DNA of 62,920 bases, counting the filler, from Reticulomyxa filosa (Eukaryota; Protista; Foraminifera), in assembly GCA_000512085.1 (NCBI GenBank). It is 18 parts of 18 records of this genome, joined end to end, with 100 filler letters (N's around TTAATTAATTAA, not from the genome) between each part and the next. Parts side by side here need not be neighbours in the genome. Positions count along the whole stretch, not along the records: positions 25,522 to 29,690 come from ASPP01010037.1; positions 29,791 to 33,323 come from ASPP01016925.1; positions 33,424 to 34,644 come from ASPP01010409.1; positions 34,745 to 36,893 come from ASPP01016178.1; positions 36,994 to 40,869 come from ASPP01033900.1; 13 more parts are not named here. One strand, written 5' to 3'. Position 1 is the first letter of the stretch; every line of letters starts with the position of its first letter. A program made the translations under genes and the position numbers. The notes below the pieces were generated by a model. The model did not search any database. It saw nothing but the letters and a program-made list of their open reading frames with translations, and was not told where the DNA came from. Of this stretch, positions 25,614 to 37,072 are shown piece by piece.

Positions 25614-27991
25614 AGGTCAAATATGGCTTTACAAAGTAGCAATTTTGGTTGGATGCATAGCAGCCGGGGGCCTTTTTTACTTTTTAGCGTTAATAGTAGT
25701 AGCGTGTTATGACGAGTACCGTATCAACCGTAACCGGCCTTGCTGTTATACTTGCATATCGTGTGTCCAGCCTTGCCGACGGGACGTCAATACGTGTTGC
25801 AGCTTTTGTGAGATCAATTGCAGGGATATGTGCTACTTTGCTTTTGTGCAGCCTTCACGCCAGCTGTGCTGCTCTGCATTTCGAAACCTTGGGCAAAAGT
25901 TTTTTGATTTTTGGAGCTTTTTGTTCATTGGTTAAGTATACAATCACCACGAGGGTACATATTTGATCATTGATTGAGAGCAACACACATACACACATAT
26001 ATGCATATATACAAATGACAACAAAAATAGCGGTGCTGTATATGACATTAATGCCCACCGCTTGCGTCTTTTTGTTTGGAATCTTTATCATGTGTGTGGA
26101 AATTGCCAAGTTCAGCTTTCTTCCTTTCTTTTTGCAACAGCTGGATCCGGGATATAATTATCAGGTGACGTTGTATAAACCCTTGTTTGCATGGCTTCTC
26201 TCCGCGCCAAACAAGTTCGATTACCACTTGCGCTTGGCCGTGGCCAATTACGTCTTTATGAAAAACTATGTAACTGACAATGGTATGTCGTTCGAGGAAA
26301 TAGAACGACAGCAGCGCTATCGCTCCAAAAAAACTTTGTCATGTGGATATTGCAGCCAAAGAAAAAAGAAGTCAAACGGCCCAAAGACGAGGCCTCTCAG
26401 GGAGTTCCTCTCGTTGTCAACTCTAATTTCAATCAAATCATTAGTCGGACAACACTAAAACAAGTACAGCCACCACAACTACAACTAGAACCACAATCAC
26501 AACCAACCCAAGTGCAATCTCGTCCATCTCAAATCGGAACTGATCTTCAACTTCAACTTCAAAATCAACTTCAACCTCAGCTTCAGCTCGAATCTCAATC
26601 CCAACCTCAATCTCAACCTCAAATTCAATCTGAATCTCAACCCCAACCCCAACCCCAATCTGAATCCCAACCCCAACTTCAATCTCGATCCTCGGCTCAT
26701 GATAATATCAACACCCATATACAAAACGTGAACGTAAATACAATTCCAGCGCAAATGCAAATATCAGAAAACTTCCAAAATCGAATGCCCATGGAAACTT
26801 CCGCCTTGTCGACAGACATTGCTCTAGAAGACACAATAAATCCCTATATTCATGATTTATGTAAGTGATGCGGATGTATACAAACAAAATAGAACACGAT
26901 GGAGGGGAAGGATTTACAAATCATATATTATCTCTTTTAAAATATCTTTTGTTAATGTGTATATGTATACGCAATAATAATTCCCACGATAGATCCTGTG
27001 GAAAAACTTGATTATAACTCAGCTGAAAAAGAGATGAGTTTTGGGTACGCTCATTTGTTTGCAGTGAGACCAAAAGATTTAAGGCACTTTGGCGAGATGT
27101 CTTTGCGCTTTTTTATTCAGCAATACTTTGGTATCACTATCTTACTTTTTGAAGACCTGAGAGGGGAACAAAGATGAAGAGTGGAGGAGAATGAAATAAC
27201 TAAAATAAAAACAAAACGGATATATGCATAAATGAATGAACCAATGAAATAGGTGCTGTTAGATCACTGTATGTAAATGACATAAAACAAAACTGGCCAA
27301 ATGCCACTTGGCGAAGCAGACTGTTAATGATTGGGGCATTGGTATTGGTATTCTTATTTCTTTATCTGTTAGTACCTTGCATGGTCATATACGTGATTGG
27401 TAGTTTGGCCTTTCCGATAATTTGCTTAGCTATTACGCCGTGGCATGAAATGCAATCACTCCAATTAACACTCACTATGGTCTATGGCGGCATGATTTTC
27501 TTGCTGTTGCTGTTGTCCTTACGCACTTATAAATTTGAGCACGCCAACTACCACTTGATTGCTTCAAGAATATATATGTGGAGAGCACAAGTCCGTTGCA
27601 TCAATACTATAACGACTTTTTTTTTTTCCTCATGCTCCTATTATATACACACACACACGCATATTTATGCACATGGGGACAATCCTTTTTGTATGTTTAA
27701 ATGGTAACACTCAAACAGAATATTGAACAAATTCGTTCGTTGTACATTTCTTTGATTGCAACAAACTTGCGCGACAAAATGGTACAACGCTTCTTTGGTG
27801 ATTTGTCCAACATAATGTTTGAATTTCTACCGGAATTACACGAAGTCGAAGATGTCAATATTAAAGATATTTACTTGCAATATGAGCCCAGCTTTGACAA
27901 TCGATTATTTGACTTGAAGGATATTCAAGTCAATGACGAAATGCTTCGAGAATTAGATAGAGAGTTTCAAATGAGTCAACACAATCAATAA
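25614..27991 (+). CDS. Multi-exon, multi-pass membrane protein with a Gln/Pro-rich insert; function unknown, 5' partial
   Basis: Several hydrophobic exons (25645-25890, 26030-26340, 27250-27590), a QPQSQ repeat exon, and a terminal exon ending at TAA 27991. Confidence 0.55.
26455..26690 (+). repeat. Coding hexamer-like repeat (CAACCT/CAATCT/CAACTT) encoding QP/QS/QL
   Basis: Visible degenerate tandem repeat within ORF 26341-26868. Confidence 0.7.
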
Positions 27992-28457
27992 TGACCTCTT
28001 TGCTCTTTCTTTCTGTAATTGTTGTATAGACATTAATTTTTGTCTGCTACTATTTTTTTTTTTTTTGCATTTGTAAAAAAATTGGTTTTAAGTGCGCGTA
28101 TTTTTTGAAGAAGTAGGCGTTGTCTCGTTCCCAATTGTAGCTTAGACAAACAACTTTGCAAATTCTTTGATAGACAGATTGTTTCGATGAACACAAACAA
28201 TTTTTTTTAAATAAACGCACATGTTCATCGCAGAGACTTTAATCCTGCAAATTGCATACCGAATAATGTGCAAAAGAGGTTTCCGTACAACCTACATGCT
28301 AAAATTACACATGCAAGCCATTTGAGTTAGTGCCAGCGTGCCTTGACTGAGTGAAGATAAAGAGGGTCGTTTTTCTTGACTGAACATCTCTAATTTTATT
28401 AAAAAAAAAAGATAAAATCAACTCTAATAATATCCTTTGGAGAAATACGTTTACGTA

Positions 28458-29423
28458 ATGGCAGACACAAAAGCGCAAGAACTACAAAACTGGCTCAAAG
28501 ATAATGACTTGGTAGAGCCTGAAGTGTTGGAGCTTCTGGTACAGCATAAAATCTTGCTCTCGACATTAATGGAAGCTGATGTTACGGATATTCGAGAGTT
28601 ATGCAAGGAATTGCACTTTTCAGCACCAATTCGATTAAAATTATTAGCAGCCAAGGCGTTGGAAAACAAAAAATTGAGGGAAGCGACGGAAGAAGAAGAA
28701 GAGGAAGAGGAAGAGCAAAACGAGGAGACAGAAGAACAAGTACAATCCCCCAAGGAAGAAGAGGAAGAAGAAGAAGAGGATACACACGACGAAGAAGAAA
28801 AGCAACATATTGAAAAGGACACCGAAAAAGGAGACGACGATAGAGGTGAAGAAAACAATGAACCAGTAGTAGCAGAAAAAGAAGAGGCGGTGACAGCAGA
28901 AGAACGACAAGAAGAAAAAAAAGACGAGACGAATGAATTCACAGAAACAGCAAAAAGGTTCGAAGAAGATGCCGACTATGCATTCAATCTCCAATTGAAG
29001 GAACTCGAAAATGACATGCATACAAATCAATCAAATTTGACAGATAATGCCAATCCGCGGTATTATCCAAGTGATGAAGAATTTGCCCGGATATTGGCAC
29101 AAGAAGATCAACAGCCGCCACTACAATCACAACCGCAGTCATCATCACAGCCACAACGACAACCATCAGATCCTATTCATCATGAGGAGCCCTACATCGA
29201 TATTGACTCGGATACGGATGTTAATAATGTCCTGGTCCCTCCCATTGCCGACATGGGTCGTTGTATAGTTTGTGAGCAACCTTTTGCCTTAGACGATATC
29301 ATCGTTCATCTTCCCCAATGTGACTGTCGGGTTCACAACGAATGCAACATTGAGTGGATCCAAAGTGCCAAGAGAATGGGCAGCGTGCCCAGGTGCCCTG
29401 TTCACCATCTTGTCATTGATTAA
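28458..29423 (+). CDS. Putative E3 ubiquitin ligase: SAM-like N-terminus, acidic linker, two UIM-like motifs, C-terminal RING variant
   Basis: LQNWLKDNDL...DIRELCKELHF..PIRLKLL (SAM-like); EEDADYAFNLQ and SDEEFARILAQED (UIM/MIU-like); CIVC...LPQCDCRVHNEC..EW...CPVH. Single exon. Confidence 0.75.
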   Translation: MADTKAQELQNWLKDNDLVEPEVLELLVQHKILLSTLMEADVTDIRELCKELHFSAPIRLKLLAAKALENKKLREATEEEEEEEEEQNEETEEQVQSPKEEEEEEEEDTHDEEEKQHIEKDTEKGDDDRGEENNEPVVAEKEEAVTAEERQEEKKDETNEFTETAKRFEEDADYAFNLQLKELENDMHTNQSNLTDNANPRYYPSDEEFARILAQEDQQPPLQSQPQSSSQPQRQPSDPIHHEEPYIDIDSDTDVNNVLVPPIADMGRCIVCEQPFALDDIIVHLPQCDCRVHNECNIEWIQSAKRMGSVPRCPVHHLVID

Positions 29424-29790
29424 TCCCGTTCATTGCTTTTTTTCCCTCAACATCTAAAACTCAATTTTTACTCTGCACCCTTTTTTTTTTTTTTTTTGTG
29501 TTTTGGGGTGACTCTAAATTTATTTGTTTATGGGAGTCAAAAAAAGAGAAGCCAGAAAATTTTAAAAAAAAGGAAAAAGAGCGTGGAGATGAATAAAGGC
29601 GAATGAAAATAAACACTTTTCAATGTTTCGGTTTTTGTTTTTTCCTTTCCATGGACAAACATATACTGGCCAAATTGTGTCCTCCCCCCCNNNNNNNNNN
29701 NNNNNNNNNNNNNNNNNNNNNNNNNNNNNNNNNNTTAATTAATTAANNNNNNNNNNNNNNNNNNNNNNNNNNNNNNNNNNNNNNNNNNNN

Positions 29791-30388
29791 GTATTCTCTT
29801 TGGCATCGGCTTTATTAAGGTTTCACAAATGTTTATTTCTATTTTTTCCCATTCTGTTTCAAATTTGTTCCAAAGTTCTTCTGTGGTATTAAATAACCAT
29901 TGTCTTTGCTATCCACCAAAGATTTTCATTGGATTTAAATCAGGTGAATTTGTAGCAAAATTTATTGATTTTTATTTTTCTTTTATTTGTTTTAACTATT
30001 CCATAATTTTTTCCGATTTATGACTGTTGCATTATCTCGCTGGAAAATCCGATCATTTTTATTTTCTAAACAGCAAATGATGCTCTTCAGCATTTCGTCA
30101 GATAAATTTCTTTATATATATCAGTATTTACTTCACCTTCCGCCTTGCAAGAGTAACCTGCTCATAATGTTCCAAAACATGACCAGACTAAAATACTTCC
30201 ACCACCAGATTTTGCTCTTATGTTATGGAATTATATCTAATGGTTGTCGATCAATATTTCGGCACGAGAAAAACACGATTGTCAACTTTTTTTAAGAAAT
30301 TTTACCAAATCAAATGAAGATTAAATTTTTGAAAAAATTGTAAAGACTTAATAAAAAACCAAAATGATATTTAAAACTACACGATTTG
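29791..30388 (-). mobile_element. Internally deleted Tc1/mariner DNA transposon relic with one terminal inverted repeat
   Basis: Minus-strand remnants IFQRDNA and NSPDLNP of the DDE domain. The end ...AAAACTACACGATTTG|TA is the reverse complement of the start of the copy at 54544. Confidence 0.8.
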
Positions 30389-32071
30389 TATATATTTTTA
30401 AAAAAATTTTGATTAAATGTTGTTTTTTAATGGATAAACACAATAACCTCTATAAGGTGGCATTTTATGCGTCAACTTTCTTTTTTATCTTCATCTTTCT
30501 TTTTTCATCCATTATCAAATAGTCCACTCAATGAACGCGTTAAAATATCGATATCAATCAACTGTTGCAAAAACAATTTTGACTGTAAATCGTCATGAAT
30601 TACAGTAAGGTCGCTCAACTGAATCCTCCATGTCATTGTTTTCGAGTTGTTGAAGTATAAAAAAAAAGTTGTATACGCTATAAAAAAATTTACTGTGAAA
30701 AAAATTTTTTTTGTACTTTATTTTCTTTAAACTTTGTCTTTACTTCTCTTTTGCTACAAACTTTACCCACGACGAAATAGTTGAAAATCTTTGAAATGAT
30801 ATTTGCCCAACATCCAAACTAGCACTGCCATTCCAACTACCACTCAAATGTCACTCACTGTGAACTGCCCCAAATTAAAAATGCAATTTCTCTTTATTGC
30901 AATACTGCGAATCACAATACTAGATTTGATAAGTTGTAATCAGTCGAAGCTTACTCAGAATTTGTGCTAATTTAATTTATACATTTTGTATTATCAAGCC
31001 AAGATCAGTTTTTGATAACGTCCAAAAATATATCAAAATTGATTTTACATTAGATGTTACAGCTCGTTGTAGATCTTTTAACTGATTTTGTTTCGAAAAG
31101 ATATTTCAATTTAAGTTAAAAGTCCCATTTTTTGATTATGATAAAATTTAAATTTTTTTGTTTTGATTTAATCAAAACTTAAATGTTTTTTTTTTGCGTT
31201 GTAAGATTTTTGGATTTTCTTTATTTTGTTTTTGTCTTTTGATTACTGTGTTCTATTTCTTAGAACGATGTGATTTTTTAATTTGAAAGACTGAGTTTAT
31301 TAATGTATATATAGCAAAAAGTATTGCAAGTTGATTATGAAGCAAGTATTAGTCCAATACGCTTGACACGCCTCCGTCGCAACTAATCTAAAAAACAAAT
31401 GCGAAAACTTTAATAAAAAAAAGATATTCCATCGTTTTTGTTTCATCAAATTTAGTAATTGTTGTAGCAAGCTTTTGGAAAATTGTTGATTGATAAGCAT
31501 ATCTTTAAAGTATCTTGCAACTTGTCTTCCATATTGACATTATTTGTTTCTTATTTGATGAATTCATTTTATATTAAAATAATTCAATGAATTTCCAACT
31601 CAATGTTTATGATCCGCGATATGATTAAAAAAACACTGCAAGATTTAGATACTATACCGATCAAAAAACGTTGTGTAATCTTGTTGTGCCTTTTGGTTCT
31701 TTTTTCCAATGAAATTTTCCGATAAAATTTTAAATACTAAATTCAATTCTAATTAAAAATTTTTCAATTCATAAATCCTTTATTTTTGTTCTGTACATAA
31801 TTCAGGTTAAGTCATTTGAGCTTTTTTACAGCTCTCAAAATTATCATATTATTATTTCATTATACTCAAGTTTGTTTAATGATTTAAAATATCCAAGATA
31901 AAGCACATTAGTGCGAAATACCATAATTTCCACACAAATAAACTTTAATCTATAAATAAAAATTTAATTCTTTACTTGCAACTACTTAAAACTTAAGCTT
32001 AAGCAGAAAGTGTTGCAGTTGGCTCACTTTTGACAGTAATAAAAAACAAAAAAAATCCTTTTTTAGATATA

Positions 32072-33323
32072 ATGAGCCAACATGAGGCAAGACGTCCTTC
32101 CTCAATTCAAATAATCGACGAAATACAAACGCAAAGTGAGTTGAGTAATGCAGAGCAATGGAAAATAATTCGGCAAAAGTCGAGGGAGGAAGCACAAAAA
32201 AGAAAGCAAGCCCGTTTAGACAACTTGGATCAAACCACACAGCGAATGATAAATGAAGCACAGAAAGAGATACCGTTAATATCACCAGGATCAGCACCTA
32301 CGTCGGACTCAGAAACGTCACCGATAATGGCAAGCACAAATCCCCCCAGTGAGGAGGGTGCCCCAATGTTTGAAGTTTTTGGTATACGCGACAACAGCAA
32401 ACGTAAATAGAAAACTTTGTGCCAAATCTGACTTTGTGTCTCTATGTTATTGCATCAGAGGAGGGGTCAAATCGAATTTGGATGCCCTGAGCGCACGACA
32501 GACGCCCCTGGGAATGCGTCGAATAACCTTTCGCTCTTATGGAACATTGGATAACAGCCCCAACAGTAGTGCCAATGGTAACACCGGTGCGGAGGCGAAT
32601 ATGAAAAAAGCGGATAGAATAAGCGATGTTGAAGCAAACAAGCAGCAAGCAAAAAAAAGAAGAAAATTGAGACAGCAGATGCTTGCAACAAAAATGCAAA
32701 TGTCGATTTTGAAAGCAAAATTAGGCATTATATATATGTGTATATGCATATATGTATGTATAAGTATACATAAATCGTATCAATGATAATGCCATGTGGT
32801 AGCACGCATGTGCGATGGTATATGCAACAAAGCAATGAAATAGGTCTGAGACAAATGTGCATATTCAATGTATGTGCGTGTCTTAAAAAATATTAGGATT
32901 GCGAAAGTCGACCGAACTGAAGGATGAACAAAAAAATATCGAGGTCGCATTGGCCGAATTGAAGGAAACCGAGAAGTTAGAGGACATTGCAGAGGAAACG
33001 AGTAGTATGTCTCCTTTGCCATCGGAAGAAAGTGTGCTTGGCAATGCAGACAAAGAGGAGTCGTCTGGCAAAGATAAACATCAATCACGAATATCGTCAG
33101 TATCCTTTAGCATTAATTCTTTGGACATTTTTGAAAAAGAGCTGATTGAAGCCATTGGCCAAGTTGAAAGCATGCGACAAGAATTAAAACAAGTCGGTCC
33201 TGATCCCAATAACGTATTGAAAGAAGAAAACGAAAAATTAAAAAAAGAGTTGTCTGATTTGTCCGCTCGATTTCATGCCTTACAAATCGAACATGAAAAA
33301 ATTAAGAAATCCACTGCCAATGC
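32072..33323 (+). CDS. Multi-exon coiled-coil protein of unknown function; 3' truncated
   Basis: Three consecutive ORF blocks separated by GT-AG introns; heptad-rich sequence (LKEENEKLKKELSDL). Confidence 0.6.
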
Positions 33324-33423
33324 NNNNNNNNNNNNNNNNNNNNNNNNNNNNNNNNNNNNNNNNNNNNTTAATTAATTAANNNNNNNNNNNNNNNNNNNNN
33401 NNNNNNNNNNNNNNNNNNNNNNN

Positions 33424-34074
33424 CGGGTTGAAGCCACCCGCCACCGACACCGCCTGCATCACGGTCATGCCGGGTTCCAGACGGTAGCTGCCGGGGCGGT
33501 TGACTTCACCGTAGACGTAGAATTGCTGCATGCGCGGGATGTAGATGATGTCCCCGCCCTGGATGCGCAGCTGGCGGTCGGCGTCGCTGCCGGCCATCAG
33601 CTTGCTGATGAAGTATTCGTCACGACGGTCGCCGCGCAGCACGATCACCTTGTCGCCACCGCTGCTGTTGACGCCACCGGCGATCGCCAGCACGTCGATC
33701 AGGTTGGCCATGCTGTCCAGCGCGTAGCGGCCAGGCTTGTAGACCTCGCCCACCACCGACACACGTACGCTGCGGTACTGGGTCACCAGCACGTTGACGT
33801 TGGCCTGTTTCAGGAAACCGCCGCCCTGCAGGGCTCGGGCGATCAGCGCTTCGGACTCGGTATACGACAGGCCCTGCAAGCGCAGCTTGCCTACCAGCGG
33901 AAAGGTGATGTCGCCATCCTTGTTAAGCTGGATTTCGGTGTTCAGATCGGCGTGGTCGTACACGCTGATCTTCACCACGTCGCCCGGCCCCAGCCGGTAT
34001 TCGCCGGCATTGTCGGCCGCGTGCAGCAGCGGGGCCAGCAACAGGGTGGCCAGTATCAGCAGACGGCGCATCAT
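33424..34074 (-). CDS. epsE: Bacterial polysaccharide export protein EpsE (Wza/Poly_export + SLBB domains); 3' truncated
   Basis: Signal peptide, YRLGPGDVVKISVY, DGDITFPLVG, VSVVGEVYKPGRY and YVYGEVNRPGSY; GC-rich and intronless. Confidence 0.85.
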
Positions 34075-34644
34075 TTCAGGCCCTCGACAACAGATTCGGT
34101 ACTCAATGCCGGCTTGGCCGCTGCCGGCGTGGCAGGGTTGGCCGCAGCCGGTGCCGCTGGTGCCGCCGGCGTGTCAGGTTGGCTTACAGCAGGCTGGTGA
34201 CGCGCGACGTACTCGATGTTGGCCGCTTTGCGCAGGGCAGCCAGCTTGTTCTGGACGGTGCGCTCCAGGTCTTGCCGTTGCAGGTACTGCTTGATCTGGG
34301 CGTCGGCGTCGGTACGCGATACCGGCATGGTTTCGCTCTCGCGCAACAGCATCAGTACCAGTTGCTTGCCTTCCGGCACCGCCAGTACGTCACCCGGCTT
34401 CACATCGGTCATGCGCTCCAGCAGCGGCATCGGCAGCTGCTCGGCAGCCAGACGGACGCTGCGCTGCTGGTAGCGAATACCCGCTTCTTGCATGACGGCC
34501 TGCATTTCGGCCACCGTCTTGATCTTGTCCAGCTTGGCCCGTACGCCGGCAGTCACCGCGTCGGCGCTCACCTGGAAGGCCTCGAAACCGAAATCTTGCG
34601 CTCGGCAACAGCGCCGGGTGCTCGCGGTAGACTGGTCCATGGCG
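34071..34644 (-). CDS. epsD: Bacterial EpsD-family peptidyl-prolyl isomerase-like protein; 5' truncated
   Basis: AAEQLPMPLL...KPG, QIKQYL and LAALRKAANIEYV followed by an Ala/Pro tail. Its stop overlaps the epsE start (ATGA), as in betaproteobacterial eps/PEP-CTERM loci. Confidence 0.75.
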
Positions 34645-34744
34645 NNNNNNNNNNNNNNNNNNNNNNNNNNNNNNNNNNNNNNNNNNNNTTAATTAATTAA
34701 NNNNNNNNNNNNNNNNNNNNNNNNNNNNNNNNNNNNNNNNNNNN

Positions 34745-34787
<43 letters not shown>

Positions 34788-34909
34788 CAAAAGGGGGGAA
34801 GAGGAGGAGAGAAAGGAGAGAAAACGCAAATAATGGTCGCTTTTTTTTATTTATTTATTTTTTTTCAATCGCAAAGTAAACTTTATTCGATTTTTTTCGA
34901 GTATTGGGT

Positions 34910-35763
34910 GCCTGTATGCATTATTTGTGTATATGTCTGCGGTGAGTGCGATCCTTGTTTCTTATGGAATGCAACGAAAGTTTATAGTGGTAATGTGGAC
35001 AATCTTTTGCTCTTCGTTTGGATCTCTGGCCATGCGCTACGTCCCTGTCCGCACCTACTCAAACAAGGAATATTACGAAGACCAAAGCATAATGCAAGCA
35101 GCTTACGCAGCTGCTATTGGGGTTGCGTCCATGGTGCCCATATCTCAATGTTTCAAAAAGAGTTTTGGTTTGACGGATTGCAATATTCACAACAAACCTA
35201 TCTATGTAATGAATGAACAAGGTGAAATGACTTGCATCAAAATCCGAAAGAAAATGGAACGTCGTCGAAGTGCTTTGAAAAAGAATAAAAATAAAAATAA
35301 TAATAATAATAATAATCATCATCATCATCATCACCATCACAAAAAAGATGATTACGAACCGCACAGACATTTAAGCCACACTGGCACCACCAATATGACT
35401 TTTGTCATGCCCTTGTCGCCACGCTTGAACGAACACAGCTCGAGACAAGATATTGCTCCTGATGACAACTTGAACCAGCCCTTGGTTCAAGAAGTTTTGC
35501 TTAGTGAAATCCCTTTGAAACTGAGCGAGGCTGACACTCTTGCTATGGACGAATCCAGCACTCAAATTTCTAGTGGCGATGATAATGACAGTGATGACGA
35601 TAATGATAACGATAACGATAATGATAATGATAATGATAATGATAATGACGAGTATGATGATGAGTATGATAATGCTGATGGCTCATCCTCAAAACCAAAA
35701 CATTCATGGACAAATACTAATGGTCGTCACTCCAATTATAATACCAACAACATTTCTTTATAA
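34910..35763 (+). CDS. C-terminal exon of a membrane protein with a poly-Asn/His/Asp-Asn tail; 5' partial
   Basis: Three hydrophobic segments followed by (AAT)n, (CAT)n and (GATAAT)n coding repeats; stop at 35763. Confidence 0.55.
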
Positions 35764-36250
35764 TCCTAATGGTATCATATGTCACAATGTTGCATTTTTT
35801 TTTTTTCCCCATTTCAAATACCCCCTTGTACAAATCCATTTTTTTTCCCCATAACATCGTTTTTTTTTAATTTGTTTCTCGCTCTTTTTTTTCCCCCCTC
35901 TGCCTTTCTCTCAAATACAAAAATAAAAAAAGTGTTTAAGTAGTACTTCTTAAATAGGTTTTCAATAATTCAACTTTGTTTTTATTTCCACAATCACTTG
36001 TAAAATTGAATCATCTCAATAACAAAAAGTATAAACTTTGTATTAACAAAAATGCCAAAAAAAAACAAAAATAAGGAATCGGTCAACGCTTAAGTTCTAA
36101 ATTTTAAATCTTTGAGGCGTAAAAGCGGGAAAATGCTCCCCAAACAAAAAAGCAGTTTACAAAGTTGTTTTGTAGAAACTAAGTTTCGAAAGGGACAAAC
36201 ACAAAAACGTTTCGAAAACACATACTATAATAATAAAGTATCCAAAGGAA

Positions 36251-36893
36251 ATGGCAGGAGTAAGCGAAAAGCGAAGATATATGGTGATTTTGTTGTTTTT
36301 GTGTGTATTATTGTGGTTACTGCTGTGGTGGTCGAGTTCGAGTTGGGATTATGACAAAGCGAACGACAATGGACGTGGAGGGATAGCGGAAGTGCAGATA
36401 ATAAGAGGATATAACGACAATAATAATAATAATAATGATTACAATGCAGAAATAATAACAAGTAATGGAGAAGAAAGATATAACACAGAATTTGATGTAA
36501 ATGAAATAGCAAGAAAAGGGAAATGGAAAGGATATGATTATGCAAATGAAAAAGAAGAAAGAAGAAATAATTTTGAAAAAGAATTGAAAGAGAATGAAGA
36601 AATAGGAAAAAGATTATTAAAAGGAGAAAGAGAAGCATATAAAAATAAAGAAAAATATTATGTAGATCCAGAAATATATAAAGAATATACACGTGAATAT
36701 ATACAAAATGAATGGAAAAATAAAAAGGGACATGTAAATGAAAAATATTTAAAAGGAGGACATCCATCATGTCCAATAATTGAATCAAAGGATAGCGTAT
36801 TATCAAAAGAAGATAAAAATATAGAAAAAATAAAAAAGATGTCAATATATTTTACACATAATTGTTGTAAAAAAACAGGACCACCACATGAAG
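36251..36893 (+). CDS. Type II membrane protein (Golgi glycosyltransferase-like topology); 3' truncated
   Basis: Short basic N-tail KRR, one TM segment (MVILLFLCVLLWLLLWW), a charged stem, then the start of a Cys-containing domain (FTHNCCK). Confidence 0.55.
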
Positions 36894-36993
36894 NNNNNNN
36901 NNNNNNNNNNNNNNNNNNNNNNNNNNNNNNNNNNNNNTTAATTAATTAANNNNNNNNNNNNNNNNNNNNNNNNNNNNNNNNNNNNNNNNNNNN

Positions 36994-37072
36994 ATCTTTA
37001 TTTTTCATGGAGAAAATCGACTCTCTTCATATAGTGCATTTAGGTATGTCAGTTTTTTTTTTCAATCTACTG
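36994..37072. mobile_element. Terminus of a second Tc1/mariner-type repeat (5'-CAGTAGATTG TIR) inserted at TA
   Basis: Near-identical to 51103-51181; both copies end ...CAATCTACTG|TA. Confidence 0.7.

Noticed and set aside
33523-34700. Plus-strand ORFs in the GC-rich contig
   Set aside because: They are antisense shadows of epsD/epsE caused by high GC.
33324-34744. Bacterial eps genes as a horizontally acquired island
   Set aside because: Both junctions are artificial spacers; there is no physical linkage or amelioration.
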